64,000 bases of DNA from the human T2T-CHM13v2.0 reference genome, Homo sapiens: assembly GCF_009914755.1 (NCBI RefSeq), contig NC_060940.1; one strand, written 5' to 3'. The first letter of the stretch is position 1, and each line of letters opens with the position of its first letter. Below the pieces are notes generated by a model that was not told the DNA's origin, did not search any database, and worked only from the letters and a program-made list of their open reading frames with translations. Positions 12,511 through 27,277 of the stretch are shown in pieces. The position numbers were made by a program, and so were the translations under genes.

Positions 12511-12607
12511 GGGTGAGGGCCCAGGGATGGGGGCCCAGGGGTGAGGGCCTAGCGGTGGGGGCCCAGGGGTGAGGGCCCAGGGTGAGGGCCCAGTGGGTGA
12601 GGCCCAG
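12511..12607. repeat. G-rich degenerate 13-15-bp tandem repeat (GGGTGAGGGCCCAG)n
   Basis: About 7 imperfect copies. Confidence 0.85.
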
Positions 12608-13079
12608 AGCCACACTGCAAGGTGCCAGGCTTCCCTCTCTTCCTCTCACTATTCATTGTTCCTTTTGACTCTCTTCTTTTCTCCCCCCGATCACAATTCC
12701 TCCTCAACTTGCTGGGCCTCAGATGGGACGGCCATGGGCACCACGCGCTTGTGGGTGTCTCCAGCCCTGTCTGGAATGGAAGGTCTGAGTCCTCAGACTC
12801 TGCAGCCAGCCATTATCCTGCCTGGCTCCTTGGAGTGTGGCACCCAGGTCCCAGTGGGTGGCCAGCAGTTTCTCTGCCTTCTCCCTGCACCTCTTCCCCT
12901 GGAGGCTCTTGCGGGGGACATCACTGGGCAGGGGCAGGGGCTAGGGATTGCTCCTCTCCTGGTCAGGGCCCCAGTGTGAGCACACACACCCCTCCCCGAC
13001 TCTGCAACCTGCCTCGCCCCGGGACCTGGGCCTGGGTTGCTCTCCCCTGCCCTCCTGAATCCTCATCCCCTAACCCATT

Positions 13080-13285
<206 letters not shown>

Positions 13286-14348
13286 AAGCCTATTCTGATC
13301 TTGGAAATGAGGTCACCGGACTGGTTAGAATTACCTGTAGAGTGAGCAAAGGAACACTTTTTAAGAACTGCTGTGATTGTGGGGCCTGGGAGAAGCAATC
13401 TCGCTCACAAGCTTTTCAGGCGGTTCGCAGCGCTCCTGTCAGGGGGGCTTGCAGGTGTGAGTGACACACGGCTCAGCCCAGGGTAGTTAACTGGGCTGCT
13501 GCTTATGAAACTAGAATGGTGACATGCAGTCCCCCTTGACATTTTAGAATGGAGATGTCTTGTGGGAAAGACAAGTTAGTAAAACCCCCAGGCCCTGCAG
13601 ATTCTACTGATGGTCGCTTTGAAGCAAAACTCTTAGCCCAGTCAGTTAGGTCTGTGAGGTGAAGATCTAGGACAGAAGTCTCAAAGTGAACTTGGGATCC
13701 AGGGGACATGCTGCTGTCATGGGTGCTTCCTGCCCTTTCACAAGATGGCTGTGACTTGTGCAGCACAGGATGAAGCTATGCCCTTGGATTGGCTGTGTCC
13801 CTGGCTCTCCGAAGTACGGGCCCCACAGTCTTGCTGTCCCTATGCTGTTCAGTCTCCTCCGGGGTCCCTGCACAGAGGATTTCTTTGTGCAGAGCCCAGG
13901 AGTCTGACTGGTGGCGTCAGTCATAAGCACTGTCCTCTAGCCAGCCAAGGTCCCTGGCCCAGAGAGGACTGAGGCCTCCTGCTGTCATTTAGCCCCTCCA
14001 CGTGACAACTGCGACTAGAACCTGGTGATGTTTGGTCTTGTTTTAGTGCTGAAATTCCCTACCAGCCAAGTCTTGCATCTCTCCTGGTTCCTTTTCTTTT
14101 GTGCCACTGATGGTGGGCGCAGCTTAGCAGGCTGCCCTGTCATTCCCCGCGGAATGCTGCCGGACAGCCGCCTTCCCGAGGCTGGTGTCTGCTGCTGGCC
14201 AGGCAGACCTGTGCCCCTCTGCTCCATAGAAGTGGAGGATGTGTTCTGTGGCTGTCTTAATGTTTTCATGACATCTTCTACAGATTTTTTGTTTTAGGCC
14301 TTTGACTAAGGCTTCTTGGTTATAGGATTTTTTTTTTAAGTAAATAAC

Positions 14349-14374
14349 TGTGTGTGTGTGTGTGTGTGTGTGTG
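14349..14374. repeat. (TG)n microsatellite
   Basis: About 13 TG units. Confidence 0.9.
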
Positions 14375-15151
14375 TTTTGTTCTGTTAAAACATAGAAAAA
14401 TGGGTAATTTTTTTTAAAGGCAAATGCGTAACTACCAGCGCCATCTCCGCAGTGCCCCACCACAGCTCCACGCTCAAGCAACCGTGGTTAGCAGTCCCAG
14501 GGTCCCTCCTGCCATGTGGGCCGGCACCGGGAGATTGTGTCCCGTGTCTTTAGGATAGATGGGCCACAGAAGGCCTAAGGACCTTGTTTTCTCATTTAAT
14601 ATACCATAAGCATATTCCCGCATCACCATTCTTAATCTATTCCACGAAAAAATAAATTGTGTTATTTTAATATAATTTACTCATCAGTCATTTCTTCTAG
14701 TGGCTATTGAGGTTTTCCGTTTTTTCACTGTTATAAATGACATCATAATCTCTGTCCAAGATTCAGATAATCTCTTCAGGACAGTCTAGAAGTAGAGTCA
14801 GCCACATCCAAGGGCATGAGCCAGGTCTGTAGGCCTGTACAGCTGATGGCTGTGTAGGAGTGTCTGTGTGAGGCGTGGGACATTTTAAATATGTGGTTAA
14901 TATGCGTACATGCACACATGTACCTATCTGACTTACCCTTACCTTGCAGTTATAGAAAAGTTTTTATTATGGATTGCTTGCGTGTTTGAGTTGAAATAGC
15001 ATTGGTTTGTGTGATGACATCTCTCTGTCCCACCTGCTTTGGAGAGGGGTTTTACACATAGGATGCATCCCTGGAGGGAAGTCGGCGGAGACCTGTAATG
15101 ATTCGTGTGCAGTGCTGTTCTCACTCTGCTGCCTGCTGGGCTCTCTTCCAG

Positions 15152-15339
15152 TGGTCTACCATCACGGCAACAGTGCGACGGGCGGCCATTACACTACAGA
15201 CGTCTTCCAGATCGGTCTGAATGGCTGGCTGCGCATCGATGACCAGACAGTCAAGGTGATCAACCAGTACCAGGTGGTGAAACCAACTGCTGAACGCACA
15301 GCCTACCTCCTGTATTACCGCCGAGTGGACCTGCTGTAA
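15152..15339 (+). CDS. USP10: USP10 last coding exon: (V)[30 protein letters not shown]...[12 protein letters not shown]
   Basis: ctctcttccag acceptor; His box GGHY and WxxIDD catalytic motifs; TAA at 15337-15339. Confidence 0.98.
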
Positions 15340-16180
15340 ACCCTGTGTGCGCTGTGTGTGCGCCCAGTGCCCGCTTCGTAGGACACCACCTCACACTCAC
15401 TTCCCGCCTCTCTTTAGTGGCTCTTTAGAGAGAAACTCTTTCTCCCTTTGCAAAAATGGGCTAGAATGAAAAGGAGATGCCTTGGGGTTCGTGCACAACA
15501 CAGCTTCTGTTGACTCTAACTTCCAAATCAAAATCATTTGGTTGAAACAGACTGTTGCTTGATTTTAGAAAATACACAAAAACCCATATTTCTGAAATAA
15601 TGCTGATTCCTGAGATAAGAAAGTGGATTTGATCCCCAGTCTCATTGCTTAGTAGAATAAATCCTGCACCAGCAACAACACTTGTAAATTTGTGAAAATG
15701 AATTTTATCTTTCCTTAAAAAAGAAATTTTTTAATCCATCACACTTTTCTTCCCTACCCTTTAGTTTTTGATAAATGATAAAAATGAGCCAGTTATCAAA
15801 GAAGAACTAGTTCTTACTTCAAAAGAAAAATAAACATAAAAAATAAGTTGCTGGTTCCTAACAGGAAAAATTTTAATAATTGTACTGAGAGAAACTGCTT
15901 ACGTACACATTGCAGATCAAATATTTGGAGTTAAAATGTTAGTCTACATAGATGGGTGATTGTAACTTTATTGCCATTAAAAGATTTCAAATTGCATTCA
16001 TGCTTCTGTGTACACATAATGAAAAATGGGCAAATAATGAAGATCTCTCCTTCAGTCTGCTCTGTTTAATTCTGCTGTCTGCTCTTCTCTAATGCTGCGT
16101 CCCTAATTGTACACAGTTTAGTGATATCTAGGAGTATAAAGTTGTCGCCCATCAATAAAAATCACAAAGTTGGTTTAAAG
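15340..16180 (+). other. USP10: USP10 3' UTR
   Basis: AU-rich, repeat-free sequence after the stop codon, ending at AATAAA 16154-16159 with a GU-rich downstream element. Confidence 0.85.
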
Positions 16181-16199
16181 GTGTGTGCGTGTTTCTTTG
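16154..16199 (+). terminator. USP10: USP10 distal poly(A) signal with GU/U-rich downstream element
   Basis: AATAAA 16154-16159; GTGTGTGCGTGTTTCTTTG at ~16181-16199; upstream TGTA motifs. Confidence 0.85.
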
Positions 16200-16851
16200 A
16201 ATGCGAATGCCTTTTCGGGTAACTGAAATTCATGGGGGCATGAGTTTGCCTGCAGAATTAAAATCTGCCCTTCGATCAGCTCGACGTGTTTGTGGAAGCT
16301 GAACCACCACTCAGGTTATGCTTGTTTAGTATTTTCAAATGGATTAGTGATTTGGGTACACGAAGTTTTTGACTCTTCGATTGGCAGAAAGGAGGAGGTT
16401 TTCTCCCCTTCCCCTCCTCATCCCTTGTTTCTATAGCCCACCGTTTTCAGTATCACCAAAATAGTTGCTGTAGGTCAAGGCTAAATGCTCTTCAGTTGAG
16501 TGCCACTGGGGCGGCTGAGCGGTGCCTCCAGACGCCACCCTCAGTAGTGGGAAGGAAGCCTTCTGAGACGGAAGACATGGAGAGAGGGATGTCACGTGCA
16601 AGGGTGCCCGTGCCCCGGCTTCTGGCCCTGTGTGGATGATTGTGGTGTCCTGAGATCTACAGAGAAGGGGTTTTAACGTGGTCTGAGCCTTTCTCTCAAG
16701 TTCTTGCTCTTACCATCTGGTATTTCTGATTGTAGCCTGGTGCCATCTGGGGTTCAGAGCTTCCTAAACTTTCTGTACAAGTGTTGTCCGTCTAACCTAC
16801 TTACCCTTTGTAATTCTATTGTGATTTGCTTGGCTGAATTATAACTCATAT

Positions 16852-17237
16852 TGAGAGGTGAAGCCAGCTGGACTTCCTGGGTCAAGTGGGGACTTGGAGA
16901 ACTTTTCTGTCCTCTAAGAGGATGGTAAAATGCACCAATCAGCACTTTGTAGCTAGGATTGTAAAACGCACCAACCAGCACTCTGTAGCTAGCAAGAGGT
17001 TTGTAAAATGCACCAATCGGTTCTTAAAACGCACCAATCAGCAGGAGTCTAAAAGCAGCCAATCACAGGGAGGACTGAAAAAAGAGCACTCTGATAGGAC
17101 AAAAACAGAACATGGGAGGGGACAAATAAGGGAATAAAAGCTGGCCGCCCCAGCCAGCAGTGGCAACCCGTTTGGGTCCCCTTCCACACTGGAAGCTTTG
17201 TTCTTTTGCTCTTCACAATAAATCTTGCTGCTGCTCA
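16852..17237 (+). mobile_element. LTR12-family (LTR12F-like, ERV9) solo LTR, U3-R portion
   Basis: Starts TGAGAGGTGAAGCCAGCTGGACTTCCTGGGTC; repeated TGTAAAA(T/C)GCACCAATC units; AATAAAA TATA-like box at 17133; AATAAATCTTGCTGCTGCTCA end. Confidence 0.88.
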
Positions 17238-17289
17238 TAGAAAGATGCAAGCTAGTGCTAGCGAGACAGCCTGCAAAACCCCTGTGTTG

Positions 17290-17613
17290 TTTTGGGCTGT
17301 TAACCATAGTCTGAGTGGCTTAGACAACAAACATTTATTTCTCACAGTTCTAGAGGCTAGAAGTCCAAGAGCAGATGCCAGCAGACCTGTCTGGGGAAGG
17401 CCTGCTTCTTGGCCTGGAGACAGCCGCTTGCTCAGTATGTCTTCACAGGGCAGAGTGAACCCTGGTCTGTTTCTCTTACAAGGACACTCATCCCACTGTG
17501 GGCCTCCACCTTTGTGATTTCATCTATACCTAAAAGGCCCCACTTCCTAGTATTCCGCCGGGGGTTCAGGCTTCAAAGATGAATACTGGGGGCGACACAA
17601 ACGGAGCCCATAA
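17290..17613 (-). mobile_element. MaLR LTR (MLT1A-like)
   Basis: 'ggcttagacaacaaacatttatttctcacagttctagaggctagaagtccaag' MaLR signature. Confidence 0.8.
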
Positions 17614-17870
17614 CCTCATGCCGCCTGACTCCTGAGGCTGTATTCGTGATGAACGTGTGGCTGCCCAAGTTTTGTTTTGCTCAGGCAGGATCAGCACACA
17701 CCCAGCCACAGACAGGGAAGCCCAGAGCAGGGCAGAATATGGTCCCTCAAGTGAATAATTGGCCCAGGGATACAGAATTAGGTGATTCTAGCAAATCCAG
17801 ACATTTTCTAGGGTGCCAGTGAATTTTGGGTCTGTCCCTGTTAGCTGTTCTTGAGATTTTGCACTCAGCT

Positions 17871-18306
17871 TGCGATGGTTAATACGGAGTGTCAACTTGA
17901 TTGGATTGAAGGATGCAAAGTATTGTTTCTGGGTGTGTCTGTGAGGGTGTTGCCAAAGGAGATTAACATTTGTGTCAGTGGGCTGGGAAAGGCAGACCCA
18001 CCCTCAATCTGGGTGGGCACCATCTAATCAGCTGCCAGCGTGGCCGGAATAAAAGCAGGCAGGAGAATGTGGAAAGACTAGACTAGTCTTGTGGCCTCCA
18101 TCTTTCTCCTGTGCTGGATGCTTCCTGCCCTTGAACATCGGACTCCAAGTTCTTCCGTTTTGGGACTTGGATTAGCTTCCTTGCTCCTCAGCCTGCAGAC
18201 GGCCTACTGTGGGACCCCTTCTTGTAAGTCAATACTCCTTAATAAACTCCCCTTTATATATACATCTACCTATAGGTTCTGTCCCTCTAGAGAACCCTAA
18301 CGCACA
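17871..18306 (+). mobile_element. MLT2A (HERV-L) solo LTR
   Basis: TG.GATGGTTAATAC.GAGTGTCAACTTGATTGGATTGAAGGATGCAAAGTATTG start; AATAAACTCCCC and CTCTAGAGAACCCT end. Confidence 0.9.
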
Positions 18307-18744
18307 ACGTTTCCATTTTATGTTGCAACGTTTAATGTTTTTGTAAGTTTCATAGTACGGTCTCCTAACTTTAGGTTATTTACTTCGGGAACTTTGCTCA
18401 TTAACCTTGGTGCTGAGGCTACAGACTTAGTGATTTTCCTTCATTATCATTTAACATGCCTTTGTAGGTGGCATTTAAAGCAGTGAATGGTTACATTTTT
18501 AGTATGTTATAGGGAGATTTTCCTCGCATTTGTCAGTTGTTGACAACAAGACTTGGAAGTTCTCTTACAGGGAAGATGTCATGAAGTTTACCTGGTTGGT
18601 ATGTTATTTGTCCACTAGCCAAGGAAGCGCAAGCCACTGTGTGTTTGAGGCAGGATGGAGAATGGAGGTCATTCTGGCCTCCACTGGTGTAACTATGGTT
18701 CAGCCACCCAAGTGGCTCACAGTGGCATTCTGCTTTCATTTCTC

Positions 18745-18754
<10 letters not shown>

Positions 18755-18775
<21 letters not shown>

Positions 18776-19025
18776 AGATGGAGTTTTGCCCTCGTTGCCC
18801 AGGCTGGAGTGCAGCGGTGCGATCTCAGGTCACCGCAACCTCCACCACCCAGGTTCAAGCGATTGTTCTGCATGTGCCACCACACCCGGCTAATTTTGTA
18901 TTTTTAGTAGAGACGAGGTTTCACCATGTTGGTCAAGCTTGTCTCGAACTCCTGACCTCAGGTGATCCAGCTGCCTCGGCCTCCCAACATGCTGGGATTA
19001 CAGGCGTGAGGCACTGTGCCCAGCC
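18755..19025 (-). mobile_element. AluS, antisense
   Basis: Reverse Alu with internal deletion. Confidence 0.88.
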
Positions 19026-19548
19026 CCTGCTTTCATTGCTTGATGTCATTGGTCATACCATCCTAGTCTAATGTGTGGGCAACGTGAGCAGGAACTTTGC
19101 AGTCAGCAAAGGCATCATCTTAGAATGTCTTTTATTTGGTGACGTTTCTGATTATTGCTGTCATAGACTGCTTATACTTGACCAGGCCAACTGGTTACAA
19201 AGTGACAAGCATAGTCCAAGTCAGTGGCTTTTGAACTATGGGAAATAACCCAATAAACCAGTGAGCTAGTATTGTACAGCCAACTCACGTTCATGAGTCA
19301 ATGAGAATGAGCAAGTTGTAGCAGTGTGGACACAGCAGTCTCTTGGCTTCATTTCTCTTGGGAAGTGCTGAGTGCATCAAAAGAACTAAAAACAGCAAGA
19401 GACAGAAGACTCACAGTTTTTCTGGTACTTCTCTGGCTCAAGAAGGAAAAATATCTTGACTGAGCCTAGTGAAGACAGTATCTCTATACCAATTTCCTGA
19501 GGGTCAGTGGACTTAAAAGAGATTAGACCAAAATGTTAGTGTTTTTAA

Positions 19549-19926
<378 letters not shown>

Positions 19927-20623
19927 CATGTTTTTCCTTTAAAATCAGTCACAGCAAAAGTCACCGAGCAGACACTGTTCTGCCTTCTTCAGACATTTTC
20001 TCTGGCTTCCTAGGAATTGGGGTTTTTTTTGTTGTTTTTGTTTGTTTGTTTGTTTGTTTGTTTTAGTGTTATTCATCTTTTAGACTAGCCGTTCCCATCT
20101 TATTTGCACCTTTTGGGGAAAAGTTAACTTGCTCGAAAATGAAATGCACCCGATGGCATCTGCTGGCTTTACCTCATGGTGATGTTCCTTTATGAACTAG
20201 TGACCAAATGCTTCATTCTCTTTTCTGATTGTTTCCCTCCCTTTGCTCATCCCCCACCTCAGTAAGACATGTTACATCATTTTAATGAGCAAGTGTACAT
20301 TTTTTTCCAGTGGGACTCAAATTGTACGTTTGCTTCTTGGTCGTACATGCATTTTGTTTCACGGATTTAGTTGTGTCTCCTGTTGTTCTGTGGTCAGGAT
20401 ACGGGATCATTTGCTAGGCACTGATTTGCTGAACACAGTAGTATTTCGTTGAGTGGCCCTTCCTTGGAAACAACTGGCAAGTAAGCAAACCTGGAAATCA
20501 CTGTTCTGTGCTGTATTTTCAGTAAAGGGAATTTACACAGCGCTTGCTGCTGTGGGATTTGCAAACTATTTTATTTTGACTCTAGGATTTCACACAGTGA
20601 TATGCTTAAGATATTTTTTATAA

Positions 20624-20955
<332 letters not shown>

Positions 20956-21703
20956 TAGACTCCCGTTTAAGTTCTTGCTCTGTTTTGGGGGAAAGTGTTT
21001 ATTGTTTGATTTTCTAATAACGAAAACATTAGAGTAGCTTCATTTATGCTGCCTGTTTCAAGCCAATACACTGCTCAGTTGTGTTTGTGTATTTGAAAAG
21101 TCCCCTGATAGGAACTTTCTGAGGGGTGCCTGTGTTGTTGGCACATTTGAGAACTAGACAAAATCTAACTCTGTGTCTTTTTTCTTTCTTTTTCCCCTAT
21201 TATTTGGTTTTGTTTTTTTAACAACCCCTCTGGAGTGTGTTTTGGTTCATGGGATCAGGCCACGTGCCCTGGTTTTCGAGGTATAGCCTTGGCTTTCTTG
21301 GGTCGGGTCTAATAACCCTGACCTTGGACTTCCCACGTGTCCTTCAAAGAAAGCAATTATTTTTGCCTATTTTCTGAGTATGATGGTATTCTCCATTTGA
21401 TTTAACAAAAAAATTCTTCCTCTGCTTTAAAAGACTGAAAGCCTCCCTGTAAGGTGCTGATTGCCTTCCAGATCTGAGGACCCCGTCTCTGCCTCATTCC
21501 TCCTGTTTCCATCAGAAGACACAGGTCTGGGACTCAGCGCAGCTGACCTGTCTGTCCCTCTCTGCACAGGTAACCACTTATTTATTGCTGCTTAAAGTAG
21601 AGCTTCTGATACCCATGGGGCTGGCAAGAGACCCTGACATTCTTGTCTTATTTTATCACATACAGTTTACTCCTGGGCTCTGCAGAGAGAAGTCAGTGCC
21701 TCA

Positions 21704-22134
<431 letters not shown>

Positions 22135-24045
22135 TCACTCTCTAGGAAGATGTCCCTGTTTCCTGTGGCTACAAATGCTCCCTGCCACACTGGGAGGCCG
22201 CACCTCACTGCGCCGGAGTGCAGTCTTCAGTGGGGTCCTCTGCTGTGACCGAAAGAAGGGTGCAGCCGGGCCTGCTTCCAAGGCTAGGGTCTGAGACCTG
22301 GAGTGTGTCCATGGATATCAGATGTTGAGCTACAGGGGACCGGCAGCCCACAGCAGCACCCTCGGTGGCTACCTTAGGGTGTTCCTGTGGGCCTCCCCCC
22401 ACCAGCACCTCCCTCCAGCTTTCCTGCCTCCATCCCCCCTCCAGGACACTTCCTCCTCTGGCTAAAGGTTTGGCACCTTTCATTTGAGAGAGATTAACAG
22501 CAAACACACAGGGCTTTCTGCAGGCCAGGGCTGCTGCTGAGCTTTTGCCAGGCATTTGGTCCTCTGCCAAGCCCATGCATAGTTTCTGTCTACATTGCGC
22601 AGTTGGGGACTTGGCACCTGCCCAGCACCTATGCTTGGGGCCCCTCCTCTGTGCTGCAGGCGGGTGTTCACACCCTTTCATACCCGCTGTCATCTCCCTG
22701 CAGCCCACCCTGCTTGACGAGGTCATCACTGGTGCTTAGGAGTAAACTGGAATGGCAGACAGAGCCCAGTGGATATTGCAGAGGAACAGAAGGAAAAAGA
22801 TGTGCATGACGCCTCAGTGCTTGCAGCATTAAAGCAAAAAAAAAAAAAAAAAAAAAAAAAAGAGCAAAGTAGCACAGTGATTAAATAGTCGGGTGCCTGC
22901 ATTCCATCCTCACCTGCTGTGAACCAGCCACATGACCTTGGACAGGTGGCCTGGTGCCTCCTCTGGGTAGTGGCTGGGAGTGGCACTGTCACCTAGGCCC
23001 TGTCACCTAGGCCCAGGGGCAGGAGTAAGCAAGGTAGCAGGTGTGATCCATTAGCACAGCTGATGCTCAGTCACGGTGGCCCTGGCACTCCTCAGAGGGC
23101 CCCTGCCATGCCTGGGGGAGGAGGGGCTGCAGTCCGTGCCCAGTGAATGTACCACCTGCCTGACATCGCAGCGTCCACTCTGGCAGATGCGACACCACGC
23201 CTAGTGAGGTCTGAACAGGGACCCTCAGCAGTGCGCCCACAGGTGCACATGAGTGATGACCATAGCTGCCCGCTGGTTGTGCCCTCCTGGGCAGGAAGCA
23301 CACCAGGGAGCCCTGGCAGAGCAGGCCCTTAGGGAGCACCCAGGAGGGCCTGGGGCTGGGGCCTCGATTCTGGGCAGCCAGCCTTCGGGACCTTGGTCAC
23401 GCGCCTACCTGGACCTCTGCCCCTGCCTGCCCTATCCCTCATTAGAATCCCAGCCCTCCTGGCTGTTCTGGGTACTCTGATCAAGCCAGACAGTGCTAGT
23501 TCAGCACTGAGAGAGTGTGTCCTGTCTGGTCAGGGACCACCAGGGTAGACAGACATTCACTCCTAAGTTCCCACCGAAAAACAGCACGAGGGTATATTGG
23601 GCAACCAGGTGAAGACTGTTCCAGAGCCAGTTATCCCAGAGGAGCTAGGAAGCCTTTCCCTCTGCTGTCTTCCTTTTACTCAGACACGTCCTCCAGAGCT
23701 GGCTGCATGTGCATTCCCTCTGCTTTCCTGGAAGTCCCCTCCTTTCCATCTACAATGGGACTTTTAAAAATACTCACAGTCACTAGTGCACAAGAAGAAC
23801 CATTCAAAGCCGGCATCCAACCTCAGATTTGCAGCAACCTAAGATTTGTTTGCAAAGGAATAGAACGATAAAGCTTCAACCCACCCACGTTTATAACTGA
23901 GAAGAAAACACACACTTCATTTGGTAAATACAGCAAACAACTGAAAGTATGCTTTGACTCTGTATTGAGGCCAGTTAGGGGATGGAAAGGGTGAGGCTAA
24001 GCAGGTAAAGGAAATGGAAGAGAAGGTCAGGAGAAGGAAAATGTG

Positions 24046-24184
24046 AGCTAGGCAGGCGGCTCATGCCTGTAATCCCAACACTCTGGGAACCCAAGGCAGG
24101 AGGATCATTTGAGTCCAGGAGTTTGACCCCAGCCTGGGTGAAATAATGAGACTTTGTCTCTACTAAAAAAAAAAAAAAAAAAAA
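24046..24184 (+). mobile_element. FLAM/Alu left monomer
   Basis: Single arm with A tail. Confidence 0.8.
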
Positions 24185-24744
24185 GTTAAAAACAGTAATA
24201 AAAGGAAAATGTAGAGGGGAGAAGCAACTGAGAAGAGAGGGGAGAGTGAGAAGGAATGAGCAGGGAGGTGGAGGGCGTGGGGGTGGCTTTGTTTTGGCCT
24301 CATCTTTCCAGGGAGACAGCCCTGTGGCGATGGCCAGGCCACGATGCTAGGCTGCTCTTGGTCATTACCAGCCCCTGAAATCAGCGTCCTCAACCCTAGC
24401 CCTGTCATCTCTGCTGGGAGTGGGTCTCTATTTCTTTTCTGCAATTTACATTTAAAGCAGAGTTTACCCTGGAATTCTGAAGGTTTCGGTGTTGAGGTAT
24501 GGTTTGCATTTTAGAAATTCATTTTGGAAATGTGAAGATGTCTTCTATGCGGCTTGAAAGCCCGTCTGACGTTCACAAGCTGTATGGCTCAGGTCTTCAG
24601 TGCCTGAAGGTTATACAGCAAACCCACCTTGACTTTGACTTCGGAGTCTTTTCCTCCTGAAGCCAAATCTGTTTCAGCATTCTGGTCTCGTTAATTCTCA
24701 TGGTGACAGTATATTAATATGAGCCAAAGAGAAAATAAAATTCA

Positions 24745-25381
<637 letters not shown>

Positions 25382-25907
25382 TCACGGAAATGATGAGCTC
25401 TGGACAGCAGTGATGCCAGGGCCCATAAAGCCTCAGGCGCCCGTCATTGCTGCTGCCTGCGTGTGCTCGCTCACCGCGACGGCGGCGGGCTGGAGGAAGC
25501 TGTGCAAGAGCCCAGTGTCTACCATGAGTCTGCATGTTCATATGGTTCAGATTTGCCTTGGAATCCCCGCGAGCCAAACTCTTTCATTTCACTTAGTAAA
25601 AGGGATGCATTGACTCAGATGTTCTGTCCTATTTAAATGAGAGGGGCGCGGGAGGTGATGGAACACAAAACCATGAGCCATGGCTTTGCTGGGGAATGCT
25701 GTGGATCTGGTGTGTGATAGAGAGAGAGTGTGTGTGCGTGTGTGTGTGTGTATGGCAAAGTGCACAAATCGCACGTGTACACCTCAGTGGCTTTTTACAC
25801 ATTTAGACGTGTGTAAGTGTATAGAGCATTTCCACACCCCAGAGGCCCCGAGCTCACTCCCTCCCGCTCTCCCCATCCCTGACGCTAACCTGATGCCTGT
25901 TGTCGTA

Positions 25908-26123
25908 CATCAGCTTCTCAACCTCGGCACTATTGATTGCCATTTGGGGCCAATAATTCTAGGGGGTGGTGGCTGTGGTGGGCACTGTAGGATGTTTCCT
26001 GTGTCCCTGGCCCTGACCTACTAGATACTAGATGCACCCACCCCCTCCATCGTGACAACCAAACGTCTCCAGACATTGCTAAATACACCCTGGGGACACA
26101 GTCACCCTGGCTGAGAACCAGAG
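25908..26123. mobile_element. MER20 (hAT-Charlie MITE), nested in an old L1 3' fragment (~25760-26510)
   Basis: TTCTCAACCTCGGCACTATTGA...ATAATTCT...GTGACAACCAAACGTCTCCAGACATTGC..TGAGAACC, typical of MER20. Confidence 0.85.
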
Positions 26124-26819
26124 CGTGGGTCACTGTGACTTCCGCGCTTCCTCTCCATGGCATCGCACGGTGCCATGTGTCCTGCCCTCCGTGTTCTTCT
26201 CTCTACGCTGCTTCTCTGAAATCCCTCCAGCGGTGGCGGGTGCCAGGAGTTAGTTTTGCTTTCTCACTTTGGAGTAATGTTGCATTTTATGGATGTGCCA
26301 CGATGTGCTTGTCTGTTCCACTGCGGATGGCATCTCTTGTTGCAGTTGGGGCTGTTAAGAGTGTTCTCAGTGTGCCTTGTGGAGGGCTTGTGTCCTTTCT
26401 CTTGGGTGCATCCTCCTGAGTAGGACTGCAGGGTCCCAGGCAGGCGCCTATTAGCAGGAGTGGCCACCATTGCACAGTGCTCCCAATTCCATTCCCACAG
26501 GCCACCTGAGAGTCAGGGAGCTTCTGTCACAATTTTAAGTGCTGCAGGATTAATGCAAACTTTCTGATGTGCTTCAAGTTGCTTTGTGTTGAAATGGACT
26601 AGAGGGGATTTAAGCTCACAGACATATATCCAGAGCATGCCCACTTTGATAATGCTATCTTCACTAATAAATTATTCTCAAAACAGCAGGTACTTGCAGT
26701 TCTGAACTAGATAAAGCCCTTTCCTTTCCATCTACTCACTGAGTCATCAGGTGCCTGGCTGACAGCTGACGCTAAGTCTTCACAATTAACCAAGTCTCTG
26801 GGCGCCCCTCAGGCTTTAA

Positions 26820-27277
<458 letters not shown>

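Noticed and set aside
14436-14455. CTCF-like AGATGGCGC on the minus strand
   Set aside because: The 5' half of the motif mismatches; too weak to call.
15007-15151. N-terminal extension of the ORF containing the last USP10 exon
   Set aside because: Intronic sequence upstream of the AG acceptor at 15150-15151; the same applies to ORF extensions around the other exons.
22986-23014. 14-bp direct duplication CTGTCACCTAGGCC
   Set aside because: Ordinary slippage duplication with no functional context.
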